From a virus, in the IMG/VR virus record IMGVR_UViG_3300026488_000013, positions 103,051 through 167,050 of that record: a DNA stretch of 64,000 nt. One strand, 5' to 3'. Below are positions 10,593-20,852 of the stretch, one piece after another. A program made the position numbers and the translations under genes. The first letter of the stretch is position 1; every line of letters begins with the position of its first letter. Under the pieces are notes generated by a model. The model did no database searches, had not been told where the DNA came from, and saw only the letters and a list, made by a program, of their open reading frames with translations.

Positions 10593-13085
10593 TTACATAA
10601 ATATCTTATCAAATGCACTTTCAACATATGTATCTTTTGTTTCAGTTAACATATTTCTAAGTGTCCGCTTTGAAGGTTCGTATAGAAATGCCAATATAGG
10701 AGATAATCTTTCAGATGCCTTGGGTAAGGGCAACTTCACAAACTTTGACAAATCTAATTCGTGGAGCTGGACATTATTATTGTGAATAAAGTATCTTAAG
10801 GTTCTATTTATATCGTCAACATCTTGCTCCGTTTTTGATTCGTTAACTTCTGTATCATTATCCAATTCTATATCTTCTTCTTGTTCTATTTCATTTTCTT
10901 CTTTCAAGAACCATAACGCACTCAATATAGTTTCAATCATTACAGATTTAATAAGTTCTATCCCCAATAAAGTATCTGTTATTTCATCATATGCAGTAAA
11001 TATATCTTTATCTATCATTTTGGATTTTATTATTTTTTCAATATTAACAATTTTTGTAACAATATCGTCGTTTACCAATTTACCATTTCCTTTTACTTTA
11101 AATTTTATTATTCCATTTTCACCTATCTTAACGTCTATTAATTCTATTCTATAATCATACCCATTCTCCTCTAGGAATTTGTTTACTTCATTTATCAACT
11201 GTTGAGGGGTATATTCTTTATTATGGATTTCGATATACCCGTCATCGGTATTAAGTTCGATTTTGTATTTTTCTAATATTTCGTTGGGTATCTTGATTAT
11301 CGCACGGCCGGATGTATGGAATGTGCGTAATATAAGTTGAGTAAACCTTTCAGTTATATATTGGATTGATAACATTCCCAGCTGTTTTGATTTTATGGAT
11401 TCGTATCCTCCGCATTTTTTACATACTTTAAATCCAGGAAGTTTGCAGGTTATAGGGCTTCTTAATAGTATTTCTTTACCAATTATACTTTCGTAGTTAT
11501 TTTTTGTTATTAAAATCTCTCTATTTAATTCTTCATCCTTGTAATATCTTCCTATCAAGGATTTGGCATGAACTTCATTTTTTACCTTTATTTTAAAATA
11601 TTTATCAGTCCCGCAATCTTCCGTATCTTCATCAAACATTATAAATGATAGATTGTATAAACCTGTCCTTTGGAGAAATCCAGAGCGTGGCGTTTGAACC
11701 ATTTTGTCAATCTCTCCTTTTCTTGCACCGTGTGCAGACATAAATAATTCTTTTTTTGTTAAACCTTTATTTAATGGATGTCTTACCGGTTCGGATTGAA
11801 CTATATTTTTTGCATCCGCAAGAAAACCTTTCGTATATATTGTCTGTTCAATTTGGTCTCTGGACGCTCTGGCCCCCGATTGATATATTTTCCAAAGTTC
11901 CGTATCTTTCTTTTCCATTTCTTTAAAAACTATTTCGGAATATTTATTTAAAAGATATAACCCAAATATTGGCTCGTTCGGAATGTTGTTTAATATCTTT
12001 TCCACTTCATCTTTGTTGGGGGTTATATAATCGTCCAACGTTAATTTTGGTGCAATTTTCGAATACGAAAATTCTGATAATACTAACATTATTTCGTGAA
12101 ACAAATCTAAATATCTCCTACCAAATTTTTCCAAATCTTTATCTTCATAAAGTTTTTCTTCCTTGTTTAAATATTCGATTATTACTTCGTTCACAATTCT
12201 TACCTTTTTCTTATTTATATCAGTTTCCTTTAGATAAAGCTTTTTATTAAACACTCTATAATTCAAGTAAACCAACCCATACGGTAATGTTATATTTTGA
12301 TTTTTTATTCTTACTGCATACTTTCTTACATCCTCTTTAAACAGAATAATTGGGTTGGGTTTAAAATCCTCAATCGAATCTATTTCAATTATTTTTTCAA
12401 TATATTTCGTTGTCGATAACTGATTTAGTGCATATAAATATTCATGGCGTAATTTGTGTAAAAAATCATCATTTCTGTGGTATCTCAAGAATGTGGTTGC
12501 ATGAATTCTCTTATTAAATATGTCTTGTTTTGCTTCAACAGTATTTATTGCATACTGTGCCATTGTGTCCTGCACAACTATATCATTTGCTACAAATGTG
12601 AAATTCTTATCCAGTGTCATGTCATATGCTGTTCCTTTTCCAGAATATCTTATTTCAATATCAGTTATAGGTATCCGTTTTACTTTATTATTTGGTAAAA
12701 CTTTGATAAAGTATAGGGATTTCTTAATTTGGAAAGGCATATTTAAAATTTCTACAGGAGATATTTTTTCAAACTCGTCCAGCTCTATATTATAAACAAT
12801 CAGCGAGTGGTCTCCAGATGCTTTAAATGGTTGAAATCTATTTCGTTTATCTTTTATTTCGTAAAGGTCTAAGTTTTCATGGACAGAGAACTCAATTATT
12901 TTTGCTCTTTCAATTTTTCCAGTTTCCATATTAAGCGATTTTGTAAACATATCTTTCATAGGTTTATATTTGATTACTTTGACTCCATCGTTTCTTACAT
13001 ATTCATCAATTTTGATAAAAAATTCTTCTAGAAATTCTTTAACACCAACCATTTTCTTCATAATTCTATCATATCCATAAATCAA
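10593..13085 (-). CDS. RNA polymerase beta'-like subunit, C-terminal half, preceded by a split-intein C-fragment
   Basis: After residue 173: TMA (residues that normally follow NADFDGD), SGARAS, HGARKGEID, TPRSGFLQR, EDCGT, LRSPITC..CKKC, TQLILRTFHTSG (trigger loop). The true start is uncertain (13085 TTG, 13061 ATG, or 13104 with an indel). Confidence 0.9.
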   Translation of the reverse strand: MIYGYDRIMKKMVGVKEFLEEFFIKIDEYVRNDGVKVIKYKPMKDMFTKSLNMETGKIERAKIIEFSVHENLDLYEIKDKRNRFQPFKASGDHSLIVYNIELDEFEKISPVEILNMPFQIKKSLYFIKVLPNNKVKRIPITDIEIRYSGKGTAYDMTLDKNFTFVANDIVVQDTMAQYAINTVEAKQDIFNKRIHATTFLRYHRNDDFLHKLRHEYLYALNQLSTTKYIEKIIEIDSIEDFKPNPIILFKEDVRKYAVRIKNQNITLPYGLVYLNYRVFNKKLYLKETDINKKKVRIVNEVIIEYLNKEEKLYEDKDLEKFGRRYLDLFHEIMLVLSEFSYSKIAPKLTLDDYITPNKDEVEKILNNIPNEPIFGLYLLNKYSEIVFKEMEKKDTELWKIYQSGARASRDQIEQTIYTKGFLADAKNIVQSEPVRHPLNKGLTKKELFMSAHGARKGEIDKMVQTPRSGFLQRTGLYNLSFIMFDEDTEDCGTDKYFKIKVKNEVHAKSLIGRYYKDEELNREILITKNNYESIIGKEILLRSPITCKLPGFKVCKKCGGYESIKSKQLGMLSIQYITERFTQLILRTFHTSGRAIIKIPNEILEKYKIELNTDDGYIEIHNKEYTPQQLINEVNKFLEENGYDYRIELIDVKIGENGIIKFKVKGNGKLVNDDIVTKIVNIEKIIKSKMIDKDIFTAYDEITDTLLGIELIKSVMIETILSALWFLKEENEIEQEEDIELDNDTEVNESKTEQDVDDINRTLRYFIHNNNVQLHELDLSKFVKLPLPKASERLSPILAFLYEPSKRTLRNMLTETKDTYVESAFDKIFM
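12567..13085 (-). other. Intein fragment lacking block A (large IntC of an atypically split intein)
   Basis: Block B KASGDHSL, block F TAYDMTLDKNFTFVAND, block G IVVQD/T; no N-terminal Cys/Ser and no N-extein. Confidence 0.8.
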
Positions 13086-13140
13086 GTCAAATGTGAGAAA
13101 TCATAATGTTTTAAAAAATAAAACCAAAACAAGACTTTTG

Positions 13141-15168
13141 CTATTTTGCGATTTCATTAAAAATTTGTCTTTTTGTATTCAAGATTCTACAAATCTTTTC
13201 GTCTATAGTATCTTTTGCAATCAAATAGTATATTAATACCGTATCCGATTTCTGTGATATTCTATGTATTCTATCCTCCGCCTGCTCTAAATCCTGTGGG
13301 TTCCACCACAATTCTACAAACAACGATGTATCAGCCGCAGTGAGAGTTATTCCTTCTTTTGCGGCCTTTAAAGACAATACTATAATTTTATGCTCAGGAT
13401 TATTTTGAAATTTATCTATTATTTGTTTTCTTTCTTCCGGGGGCGTATCCCCGGTTATTTTTAATGGTTTTAATCTACCAAGTTGTTTGTCACTTACTAT
13501 TTCCTCATATAACCTTTTCTGAACCTCCTTATGATATGCAAAAACCACCAATTTAGAATTAGGATATTCCGCAAAATAATTTCGTATCCAATCTATAGCA
13601 TATTTAGTTTTTATTTCTCCTATTTTCATCCACAATTTATTATATAATATCAAGAATATTTCAGGATACTTCTGTGCTATATAATCCATTGCATTCTGAA
13701 CATCTGTTATATATGAGGGTAGGTATGCACTGGGTCTAATTTCTAATAGTAGATTTTTTATTTTATCAACGGAATTATAATTTTGTATCTTAAATTGCTC
13801 GTATTCTTTTTTATCTTCATCCGATAATTCAACCCAAATAGTTTTAACAAGTTTATCCGGTAATTGTTTTAATACTTGTTTTTTTGTTCTTCTAATCATT
13901 ATCGTTGTTCTCAATTTCATATTTATGTCATCTAACATTCTGGAGCCTAATATTTTCCAATAACCTCCACGCCCTTTTCGTATGAATTCCATTATCAAAT
14001 ATCTTTGTCTAAATTCCGTTATCGTATCAGCATAATATTTTAAAGTGTCCGTTATTTCCAGTAATGGTATTAATTCTTCAGGATTGTTTTGAATAGGCGT
14101 TCCTGTTATGAGAATTTTTTTATCTATTAATTTTGACAACTCTAATACCGATTTTGTTCTTTTAGAGTTTCTATTCTTCAAATAATGAGCTTCATCGGCT
14201 ATTAACAGATTAAATTTATGTTTCTTCAATAAATCCTTCCAGTATTGTATTATGTCGTAATTTATTATTACGAATTTTTTGTTTTTAAATGTTTGCAACC
14301 CGTGATAAAACCCGCTCAATGCCGGGTTGGTTCCTTTAAGAATAAGTATATCTGTTGAAGGTATTTTAAAGAATTTTTGTATTTCTCTTTTCCAGTTTTC
14401 TTTTAATATAGCGGGGGTTATTATTAAAACTGGAAATGTTTTTGTTTTAATAGTCCATATTAAAGCTTGAAGAGTTTTTCCGACACCCATTTGGTCTGCC
14501 AATAGCACAGAATTATATTCTTTCATTTTCTTATGTATTAGTTTTACACCGACGCACTGAAATGGAAATAATTTATCTCCACTGGGGAGTATTTTTAAGG
14601 GATAACTTTCATCTTTACATTTTTTACTAGAAACTGCGGCGGATTTTTTATATTCGTCTAGCAATTTTTCCATAACCAATTCTATCGTGTTTCTAATATC
14701 ATCATCTAACCACTTTTGTTCTAAAACCAATCTGTAAGTTTTATATGTTATTGGCAATTCAATATAACTATCTCGATAGTTATAATAATAATTTTTCCCA
14801 TTGATAATATAATCCCATATACTTTTCAATTCATCTGTATATTTCAATACTCTGGCAAGCTGGGCAGGTGTTAGATTTTTCAATCTTAAAAACATTTTTT
14901 CAGTATCAAGTTCCACATTCCTATCCATCTTCAACTCCTCTATTGATGGTAATTTAATAACACTAAAATTAAATTTGGAAATGAGAAATTTCAAATTTTC
15001 GTATTCTTTTTGTGTATAGAGATATATAAGCCACTTCTTTCCTTTTTTACCAAAATAAGTATGACTAAACAAGTTTCTTATATTGTTATTAATTTCATCT
15101 AAATATTTATTCAACTTTATTGTGAAAATTTTATTTCCAACATACTCTACTACACCGGTGGCACTCAT
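13141..15168 (-). CDS. SNF2-family (HARP-like) helicase
   Basis: LFPFQ, LADQMGVGKT, IADEAHYLKN, TGTPIQN, EGITLT, WWNP..LEQAEDRIHR. Confidence 0.92.
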   Translation of the reverse strand: MSATGVVEYVGNKIFTIKLNKYLDEINNNIRNLFSHTYFGKKGKKWLIYLYTQKEYENLKFLISKFNFSVIKLPSIEELKMDRNVELDTEKMFLRLKNLTPAQLARVLKYTDELKSIWDYIINGKNYYYNYRDSYIELPITYKTYRLVLEQKWLDDDIRNTIELVMEKLLDEYKKSAAVSSKKCKDESYPLKILPSGDKLFPFQCVGVKLIHKKMKEYNSVLLADQMGVGKTLQALIWTIKTKTFPVLIITPAILKENWKREIQKFFKIPSTDILILKGTNPALSGFYHGLQTFKNKKFVIINYDIIQYWKDLLKKHKFNLLIADEAHYLKNRNSKRTKSVLELSKLIDKKILITGTPIQNNPEELIPLLEITDTLKYYADTITEFRQRYLIMEFIRKGRGGYWKILGSRMLDDINMKLRTTIMIRRTKKQVLKQLPDKLVKTIWVELSDEDKKEYEQFKIQNYNSVDKIKNLLLEIRPSAYLPSYITDVQNAMDYIAQKYPEIFLILYNKLWMKIGEIKTKYAIDWIRNYFAEYPNSKLVVFAYHKEVQKRLYEEIVSDKQLGRLKPLKITGDTPPEERKQIIDKFQNNPEHKIIVLSLKAAKEGITLTAADTSLFVELWWNPQDLEQAEDRIHRISQKSDTVLIYYLIAKDTIDEKICRILNTKRQIFNEIAK

Positions 15169-15186
15169 TCCGACTTTTCCTCCTTA

Positions 15187-15198
15187 GAAACAGTTTTA
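15187..15198 (-). promoter_or_regulatory. TAAAA(A)CTGTTT box upstream of SD (SNF2 helicase)
   Basis: TAAAACTGTTTCTAAGGAGG; the same box precedes several other genes. Confidence 0.55.
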
Positions 15199-17913
15199 AA
15201 TTATTTCCAAGTCCGATATATCCATATCAACATATTCATCTTGTTTAAACTCTTTTCTAATCAATTCTTTAATATGAGGGAATAACAAAAATTTCCTTAT
15301 CGTTTTATCATAATAATTAATCAACAATTTGCCAGTTTCAGTATTGGTTAAATTATTTTGACCTGTTATATTATTTAAATTAATTTCAAATATTTCTTTC
15401 TTAATATCCCTAAAGAAAATATCTGCGGCGGATTTTATCTTAAAGTAATAATAGACCATTGCATAAATAACTATTGGAACAAGTCTTCTTATCAACAATT
15501 CTATCAATCCGTATTCGTTAATATTTTTATCCATTGCTAATTCATTATAAAATTTCTCTGTGATTATTATTTTGGTGCCTTTTCTACCTGCTCGGCGGAT
15601 TGCGATATATTCGTTATATTCCATTCCTTTAAGAACAGATTTAACTATGTTCTTAGATATTACTTTTTTATATCCAAACTTACCCCTTAATTCCGTATAA
15701 AAATCCTTTTGTTTAATATAGAATTCTACATTTCCTTTTTCAGTTAATTCTTCCATCAAATATTGGAAAATCGTGGATGTTGTTATCCAAAATTTTCTTA
15801 CCATCCAAAGATGCTCTTTAGAGAAATAATAATCTATTCCCAACAACTTTCCATTTTCCTTAATTAATTTCGTTAACTCATTATTTGTTTCACCAATTAT
15901 ATCTTCATACGCACGTTCTAATGTTTCCTTCAAATATTCATAAGTAACCTCAACTTTATCGATTTGAATATCCGGTTCAATATCTTTCCATTCATACTTT
16001 TTCATGTCGTTTGAATACAATTCCCTAATCTCGCTATATACATCATCTTCATTTCTTATTATTTCATACTTCGAACCTAAATATTTTAATATCGCAGTTT
16101 TAATATTAGTATCAAAATTGCTTCCTTTTTTAATTATTTCCCTGGTAACTATCCTCATTATACCACTGCGGTCGGTCATTCCATATCTAATTTTTTTAAT
16201 TTCGATAATACCGTATTCTGATAATTTTCTTATAAACCATCTTATTTCCTTGTTATCTTTCTTGTGATTCAAAATCTCCGCCGCAAGTCTATTCATAAAT
16301 TCAGTTTTATTTATTTCATGTTTATCCACATCTGTTCTAAACTCTTTATCTAACTCACTCAATATAATATTAAATATTTGTTCATACGTCTTTACAAAAT
16401 TGTTTATACTCCCAATAAAGCTGGATAAGTTTTTAAATATCCCAATGTTATTATTATCAATAATAGATAAAGGGGTCGCCTTTCTCCAAGCAATTTCAAT
16501 ATCCCTGTCTAAGTTATTTTTATCTGGTAGATACTCTCTTATCAGTTCATCATATATATCAAAATCCAAATCTAATGCTTTAGCAAACGCCGCAGCGGGC
16601 AACATCACATTTTTAAATCTTTCCCTATTATACATGTCGGATAATTTCGCAATATATGTTTCCAAAGATTTTTTTCTTATATCCTCGAAATTTATTTCAT
16701 TATTGTATTTAACATTAACCAATTTTCCAAATTTATCTTTTATTTCCTTATGTTCATTTAGAACTTTTATAACCGAAACAATTATTTCGTTTAAAGAGTT
16801 AAATTTTGTATTAGCCAATTTTTCACGAATATAGTTTTCTACATTAAATTCCGAAATTATTTTTTCAAGAATTAGCAATTTCGATTTATTGTAGGTTGCG
16901 AATTCGTGATTAAATTTTTTATTTTCACCATTGTAGAATGAAAATAAAAAATTTTTTATTTTTCTTATCCTTATTTCGGCTCTTTTGGTTAAAAATTCAT
17001 TATTTAATTTTAATTCCTCATTTACTATTTTATTAAATTCTTTTTTTATATTTTTTTCTAATTTGGATTTTTTATTTTTTAATATTGAAAAGAATATATC
17101 AAACTTTCCATTATTCTTCCTTAAAATTAATAAATTAATTTTATCTCTAAAGTTGTCCAATATATTGGAATAAATTTTTATAAGGCTTAGTTTTTCACTT
17201 TTATTGAATTGATTTCTTTCAATAAAACATCCCATCATTTTTTCTCCTTTTTCATTAATCACCACGGTGCCGGGTTGCCAAATTAAATTCACAGGATTAT
17301 CTGCAAAATGCATATCCAACTTTAACCCAAATGCATTAAAATAAATTTCCGAAATTTTATAAATCGAATTAACTAATTTTTTTATTTTTTTTCTATGAAT
17401 ATTGTTTTTAAATTTTATTCCGTTCATAAATACATATAACCTCAAATTCCCAGATTTACTTTTTTCTATCCAATAATTTTTTTCTTTCAGGTTTAATATT
17501 GATTCTGCAAAAAATTTAGTTGGGGCATATGCCTTTTCCACGGCGCTATCTATATCAAAAATTAAACAATCAAAATAATCTATTTCGTCCCATTTATTTT
17601 TTAACTTAATTTTATTTTTCCAAGTTTCAGGTTTTAACGTCTTACCCTTCAAAAATAAATATTCATATAGTTTTTTATTTATCTTCTTTCCAAAATTAAA
17701 CCCATTTAAAATTCCAAACAGCTTTTTAATACCTTTGTTCCTGTTATTTCTAAAATTAATGGCTCTTAGCAAAATAGCCCAAAACAATGAATCCAATATA
17801 GATATTATATTCTTACTAATATATCCTGTAATAAATCCTGTTGTATCTTGAATCAATCTTAACATCGCCGCACCCTCCTTTTTCTTTTCTTGTTGTTTCC
17901 TCATTTTCTCCAC
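15196..17913 (-). CDS. Putative AEP/primase-fold replication (Rep-like) protein with C-terminal winged helix
   Basis: LIFDID (motif I), KSKSGNLRLY (motif II-like, His replaced by Arg), D..NLIWQPG (motif III-like), PriCT-like DRDIEIAWRKA, wHTH-like C-terminus. Confidence 0.4.
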   Translation of the reverse strand: MEKMRKQQEKKKEGAAMLRLIQDTTGFITGYISKNIISILDSLFWAILLRAINFRNNRNKGIKKLFGILNGFNFGKKINKKLYEYLFLKGKTLKPETWKNKIKLKNKWDEIDYFDCLIFDIDSAVEKAYAPTKFFAESILNLKEKNYWIEKSKSGNLRLYVFMNGIKFKNNIHRKKIKKLVNSIYKISEIYFNAFGLKLDMHFADNPVNLIWQPGTVVINEKGEKMMGCFIERNQFNKSEKLSLIKIYSNILDNFRDKINLLILRKNNGKFDIFFSILKNKKSKLEKNIKKEFNKIVNEELKLNNEFLTKRAEIRIRKIKNFLFSFYNGENKKFNHEFATYNKSKLLILEKIISEFNVENYIREKLANTKFNSLNEIIVSVIKVLNEHKEIKDKFGKLVNVKYNNEINFEDIRKKSLETYIAKLSDMYNRERFKNVMLPAAAFAKALDLDFDIYDELIREYLPDKNNLDRDIEIAWRKATPLSIIDNNNIGIFKNLSSFIGSINNFVKTYEQIFNIILSELDKEFRTDVDKHEINKTEFMNRLAAEILNHKKDNKEIRWFIRKLSEYGIIEIKKIRYGMTDRSGIMRIVTREIIKKGSNFDTNIKTAILKYLGSKYEIIRNEDDVYSEIRELYSNDMKKYEWKDIEPDIQIDKVEVTYEYLKETLERAYEDIIGETNNELTKLIKENGKLLGIDYYFSKEHLWMVRKFWITTSTIFQYLMEELTEKGNVEFYIKQKDFYTELRGKFGYKKVISKNIVKSVLKGMEYNEYIAIRRAGRKGTKIIITEKFYNELAMDKNINEYGLIELLIRRLVPIVIYAMVYYYFKIKSAADIFFRDIKKEIFEINLNNITGQNNLTNTETGKLLINYYDKTIRKFLLFPHIKELIRKEFKQDEYVDMDISDLEII

Positions 17914-18386
17914 CTCCTTTATTTTTTTCTTTTAAAAATTTCTTGACATCAAACATCATCTACCAAATCAATTATTTCCAAATTTTAAAACAAACAGCAA
18001 TAATGGAATTCAATCCTCGTCCAACGGTGCTTTAATCACAATAATCAAATATATCCATATTGGTTTTTTATTCTCTCTTATTTAAGTGTAAGATTTTTTT
18101 CTTTCTTAGAAATAAATCAATTTTTGTTTATCTGCAAGTTTTCCAAATTATTCTGTTTCTACATTTGGGTTATTAATATCTTATTTAATTTCCTTTCATT
18201 TAAATGTTTTTATTTTTTCTTAAATATTTTAGTATTTAATTTATTAAAAAATTTCTATTTTTGTTTTAAGGCCTAAACTTGTAATTTCATCTTTTATTTA
18301 TTAAATCCTCTTTTTAAAAATTTTGAAACAAAGCCTTATAATAATTTTAGTTCTGTTTTTTATTTTTTAAAGAAAAAAAAGTGAAA

Positions 18387-18952
18387 TATATTTTTCCACA
18401 TAATTCTTAAATAACTGTCCTTTCAAGAATTGATTTGTTCCATAAATGTGTATCATATATAATAAGTATTTCTTTTATTTATATCTTTATCCAATAGATG
18501 TATAATTTTATTTGTTTCTATTGCAAATTCAATTTTTAACTCAATTCTCTACTTTGTTTTTAAGGAATCAATATTGCATCTCTCCCTAAATAATTCTTCT
18601 TTCAGGAACTTATTTAAATCACAAATGCATTTCATATTCCAAAACGCTAAACAACTTAGTCCAATTAAATAAAATATTTCTATTAATAATAAAATGTTGT
18701 TCTCTTCATTATATAGTAGTCTCTTCTTTTATAGTAATTGTATCCAATGGATGTATAATTTTGTTTGTTTTATATGTTAACTCTCATTTGTCTAAGAAAT
18801 TGCTCAGCAAAATATTATTTAAATTTGTTCAGTAAACTAATAGATTAATTGCAACGAAATGTTATGGTAAATAGGAATACTGTATATTGGTAGATTATAT
18901 CTCTCTCTTTTTTATAATTATTATAACCCAGATGATATATAATAGTATTTTG
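18387..18952. repeat. Repeat cluster: long copy 2 (18387..18515) plus cores at 18725..18767 and 18906..18952
   Basis: Core TCTTTTAT..TA.T.TA.CC....ATGTATAATT.T.TTTG repeated in the same orientation within a 1.1-kb non-coding gap. Confidence 0.8.
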
Positions 18953-19002
18953 TTTAAATGTAAATTGTATTTTCTTTCAAAATATATGGGTAATGGTAAT
19001 TT

Positions 19003-19410
19003 ATGAGTTTGGAAGACATTGAGATAGCAAAGAAAATCTGGGAAACTAAAAAAATAAAAGAAAATAAAGTAATAGTTGATAAAAATGGAGAGAAATATGA
19101 AATTAGAGTAGTTTTGATAGATAAAAACAATGATGGTTTATGGAAATTTGCTATAGAATGGAGAAGAATAGATAAAAAACCACAGTGGATAGATGAATGG
19201 AGTTATTTCAAAATATTGGAAATAGGCCCGAACAGCTATATAGTATCAGAATCAAACATATACGATGATTGCTCAATGCCATATAAAAATGATTTAGAAA
19301 AATATTTATCAGAAGCAGATAAAAAACAACTAGAAAAATTATTAGAAGACAAAAAAGAACTGGAAGAAATGTTTGACACCGTATGGAGAGAAATAACAGC
19401 AATATCTTAA
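19003..19410 (+). CDS. Hypothetical protein
   Basis: 135-aa ORF with phage-like codon usage, upstream of nrdB. Confidence 0.7.
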   Translation: MSLEDIEIAKKIWETKKIKENKVIVDKNGEKYEIRVVLIDKNNDGLWKFAIEWRRIDKKPQWIDEWSYFKILEIGPNSYIVSESNIYDDCSMPYKNDLEKYLSEADKKQLEKLLEDKKELEEMFDTVWREITAIS

Positions 19411-19499
19411 TTTCGCTTTTTTCATTTTTTTTTTGTTCCACATGTGTAGAGTTTTCAGAAAAGGAATGTTTTAATAATTTCCTCCTGTGGAGGGCAGCA

Positions 19500-20633
19500 A
19501 TGAACAGAATTAAGAAAAGATTATTTAATCCAGTGGGCAATGATTTTGCAGATAATCAATCCCCGATATATTTTGGAACTAGTCCCTTAGTAAATGAACC
19601 TACCGGGCTTTTTACAATATTTGAACCTCGTGATAGAGATATATACGAATTTGTTACGTTACAAAAACAAAGATTTTGGCGAGCGGATGATTACCCAATA
19701 GATGCTATTAAAGAAGGGTTTACCCAATTAGACGAAAATAATAAAAAAATTTTCGAATACACTCTATCTTTCTTAAGCTTCTTGGATAGTGTTCAAGTAG
19801 CAAATATATCAGACTTAAATGTAGTATATAACATGCCCGAGTATAGGTTATGGGGAACTGTTCATCAATACTTTGAACATGAACATAGTATTGCTTATTC
19901 TAATATATTGGTTGGATTATTTAATAATAATACTGACGAAATTAAGCGAATTTTTTATCTAGCTAAAGACCATCCGACACTCAAGAAAAGGAATGAATTG
20001 ATAGCTAATAATTACCAGAAGTTGTTTGATATTTTCTGGGAAGGTATTAAGAATGTTTCGGTAGATGATTATGCACGTGCTTTAACGTATGTCTTAGCCG
20101 GCACGTATGCAATGGAAGCAATTACGTTTTATATGGGCTTTAAAATAATAGAATTTTACCAGTTCAAATATGGAATACTTCCCATGACCAACAAGATGAT
20201 TTCTGAGATAAAAGCGGACGAACTCTTCCATGTTAAGGTCATGGCAACAATAATTAATAGAGTTAAACCTTTTATACTCGAACATATCTCTAATGAGGAA
20301 TTCGACGAAATAGTTAGAAATACATTGAAAGCATACTATGAATCTGATTTAGAGTTTTATAGAGATATTTTGCAGAGAAATGAATTTGGGATAACAGATA
20401 AACAGATTTTTGATTACATAACTTTCTTGACTAATAGGCGTGCTGCCCTGATAGGTTTAAAAGACATAGGTCTCCCGAATGTAGATAACCCGTTCAAAGA
20501 AATAGACAATTTATTTGGATATTTAGAATCTCATGATAATTCTAATAGAAAAGATTCTTTCTTTGAATCATCAAGTGCTGCATACATCGCCCAGAAAATA
20601 GATGATTCAGCGTTGGACGATTTTGACTTTTGA
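19500..20633 (+). CDS. nrdB: Ribonucleotide reductase class Ia beta subunit
   Basis: FW, FLDSVQ, EHEHSIAY, MEAITFYMGF, DELFH, NRR, FFE; ATG at 19500 follows GGAGG (ORF-track start at 19383 is too early). Confidence 0.93.
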   Translation: MNRIKKRLFNPVGNDFADNQSPIYFGTSPLVNEPTGLFTIFEPRDRDIYEFVTLQKQRFWRADDYPIDAIKEGFTQLDENNKKIFEYTLSFLSFLDSVQVANISDLNVVYNMPEYRLWGTVHQYFEHEHSIAYSNILVGLFNNNTDEIKRIFYLAKDHPTLKKRNELIANNYQKLFDIFWEGIKNVSVDDYARALTYVLAGTYAMEAITFYMGFKIIEFYQFKYGILPMTNKMISEIKADELFHVKVMATIINRVKPFILEHISNEEFDEIVRNTLKAYYESDLEFYRDILQRNEFGITDKQIFDYITFLTNRRAALIGLKDIGLPNVDNPFKEIDNLFGYLESHDNSNRKDSFFESSSAAYIAQKIDDSALDDFDF

Positions 20634-20852
20634 TTTTTTTCTTATATTCTATGTTAATGACACAGAGGAATTTCTTAATATTAAATGAATATATAAAAGT
20701 TGAAATGATTTATGAATTGAATTCGACATTTGTAAAAACAAAAATATAAATAATGACTTAAAAAATTATAGAAAAATAGAAAAGAAAACTAATATAGAGA
20801 TTTTATAGGGAAATCTGCGGGCTAAAACCCCGTATCTATGATGTGGAGCAGT

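Noticed and set aside
19383-19499. N-terminal extensions given by the ORF track (nrdB, 28682, 32984, 52297, 60514)
   Set aside because: The extensions are F/I-rich translations of T-rich intergenic DNA; better starts lie downstream (SD-preceded for nrdB, 28613 and 32918; paralog-aligned for 60580).
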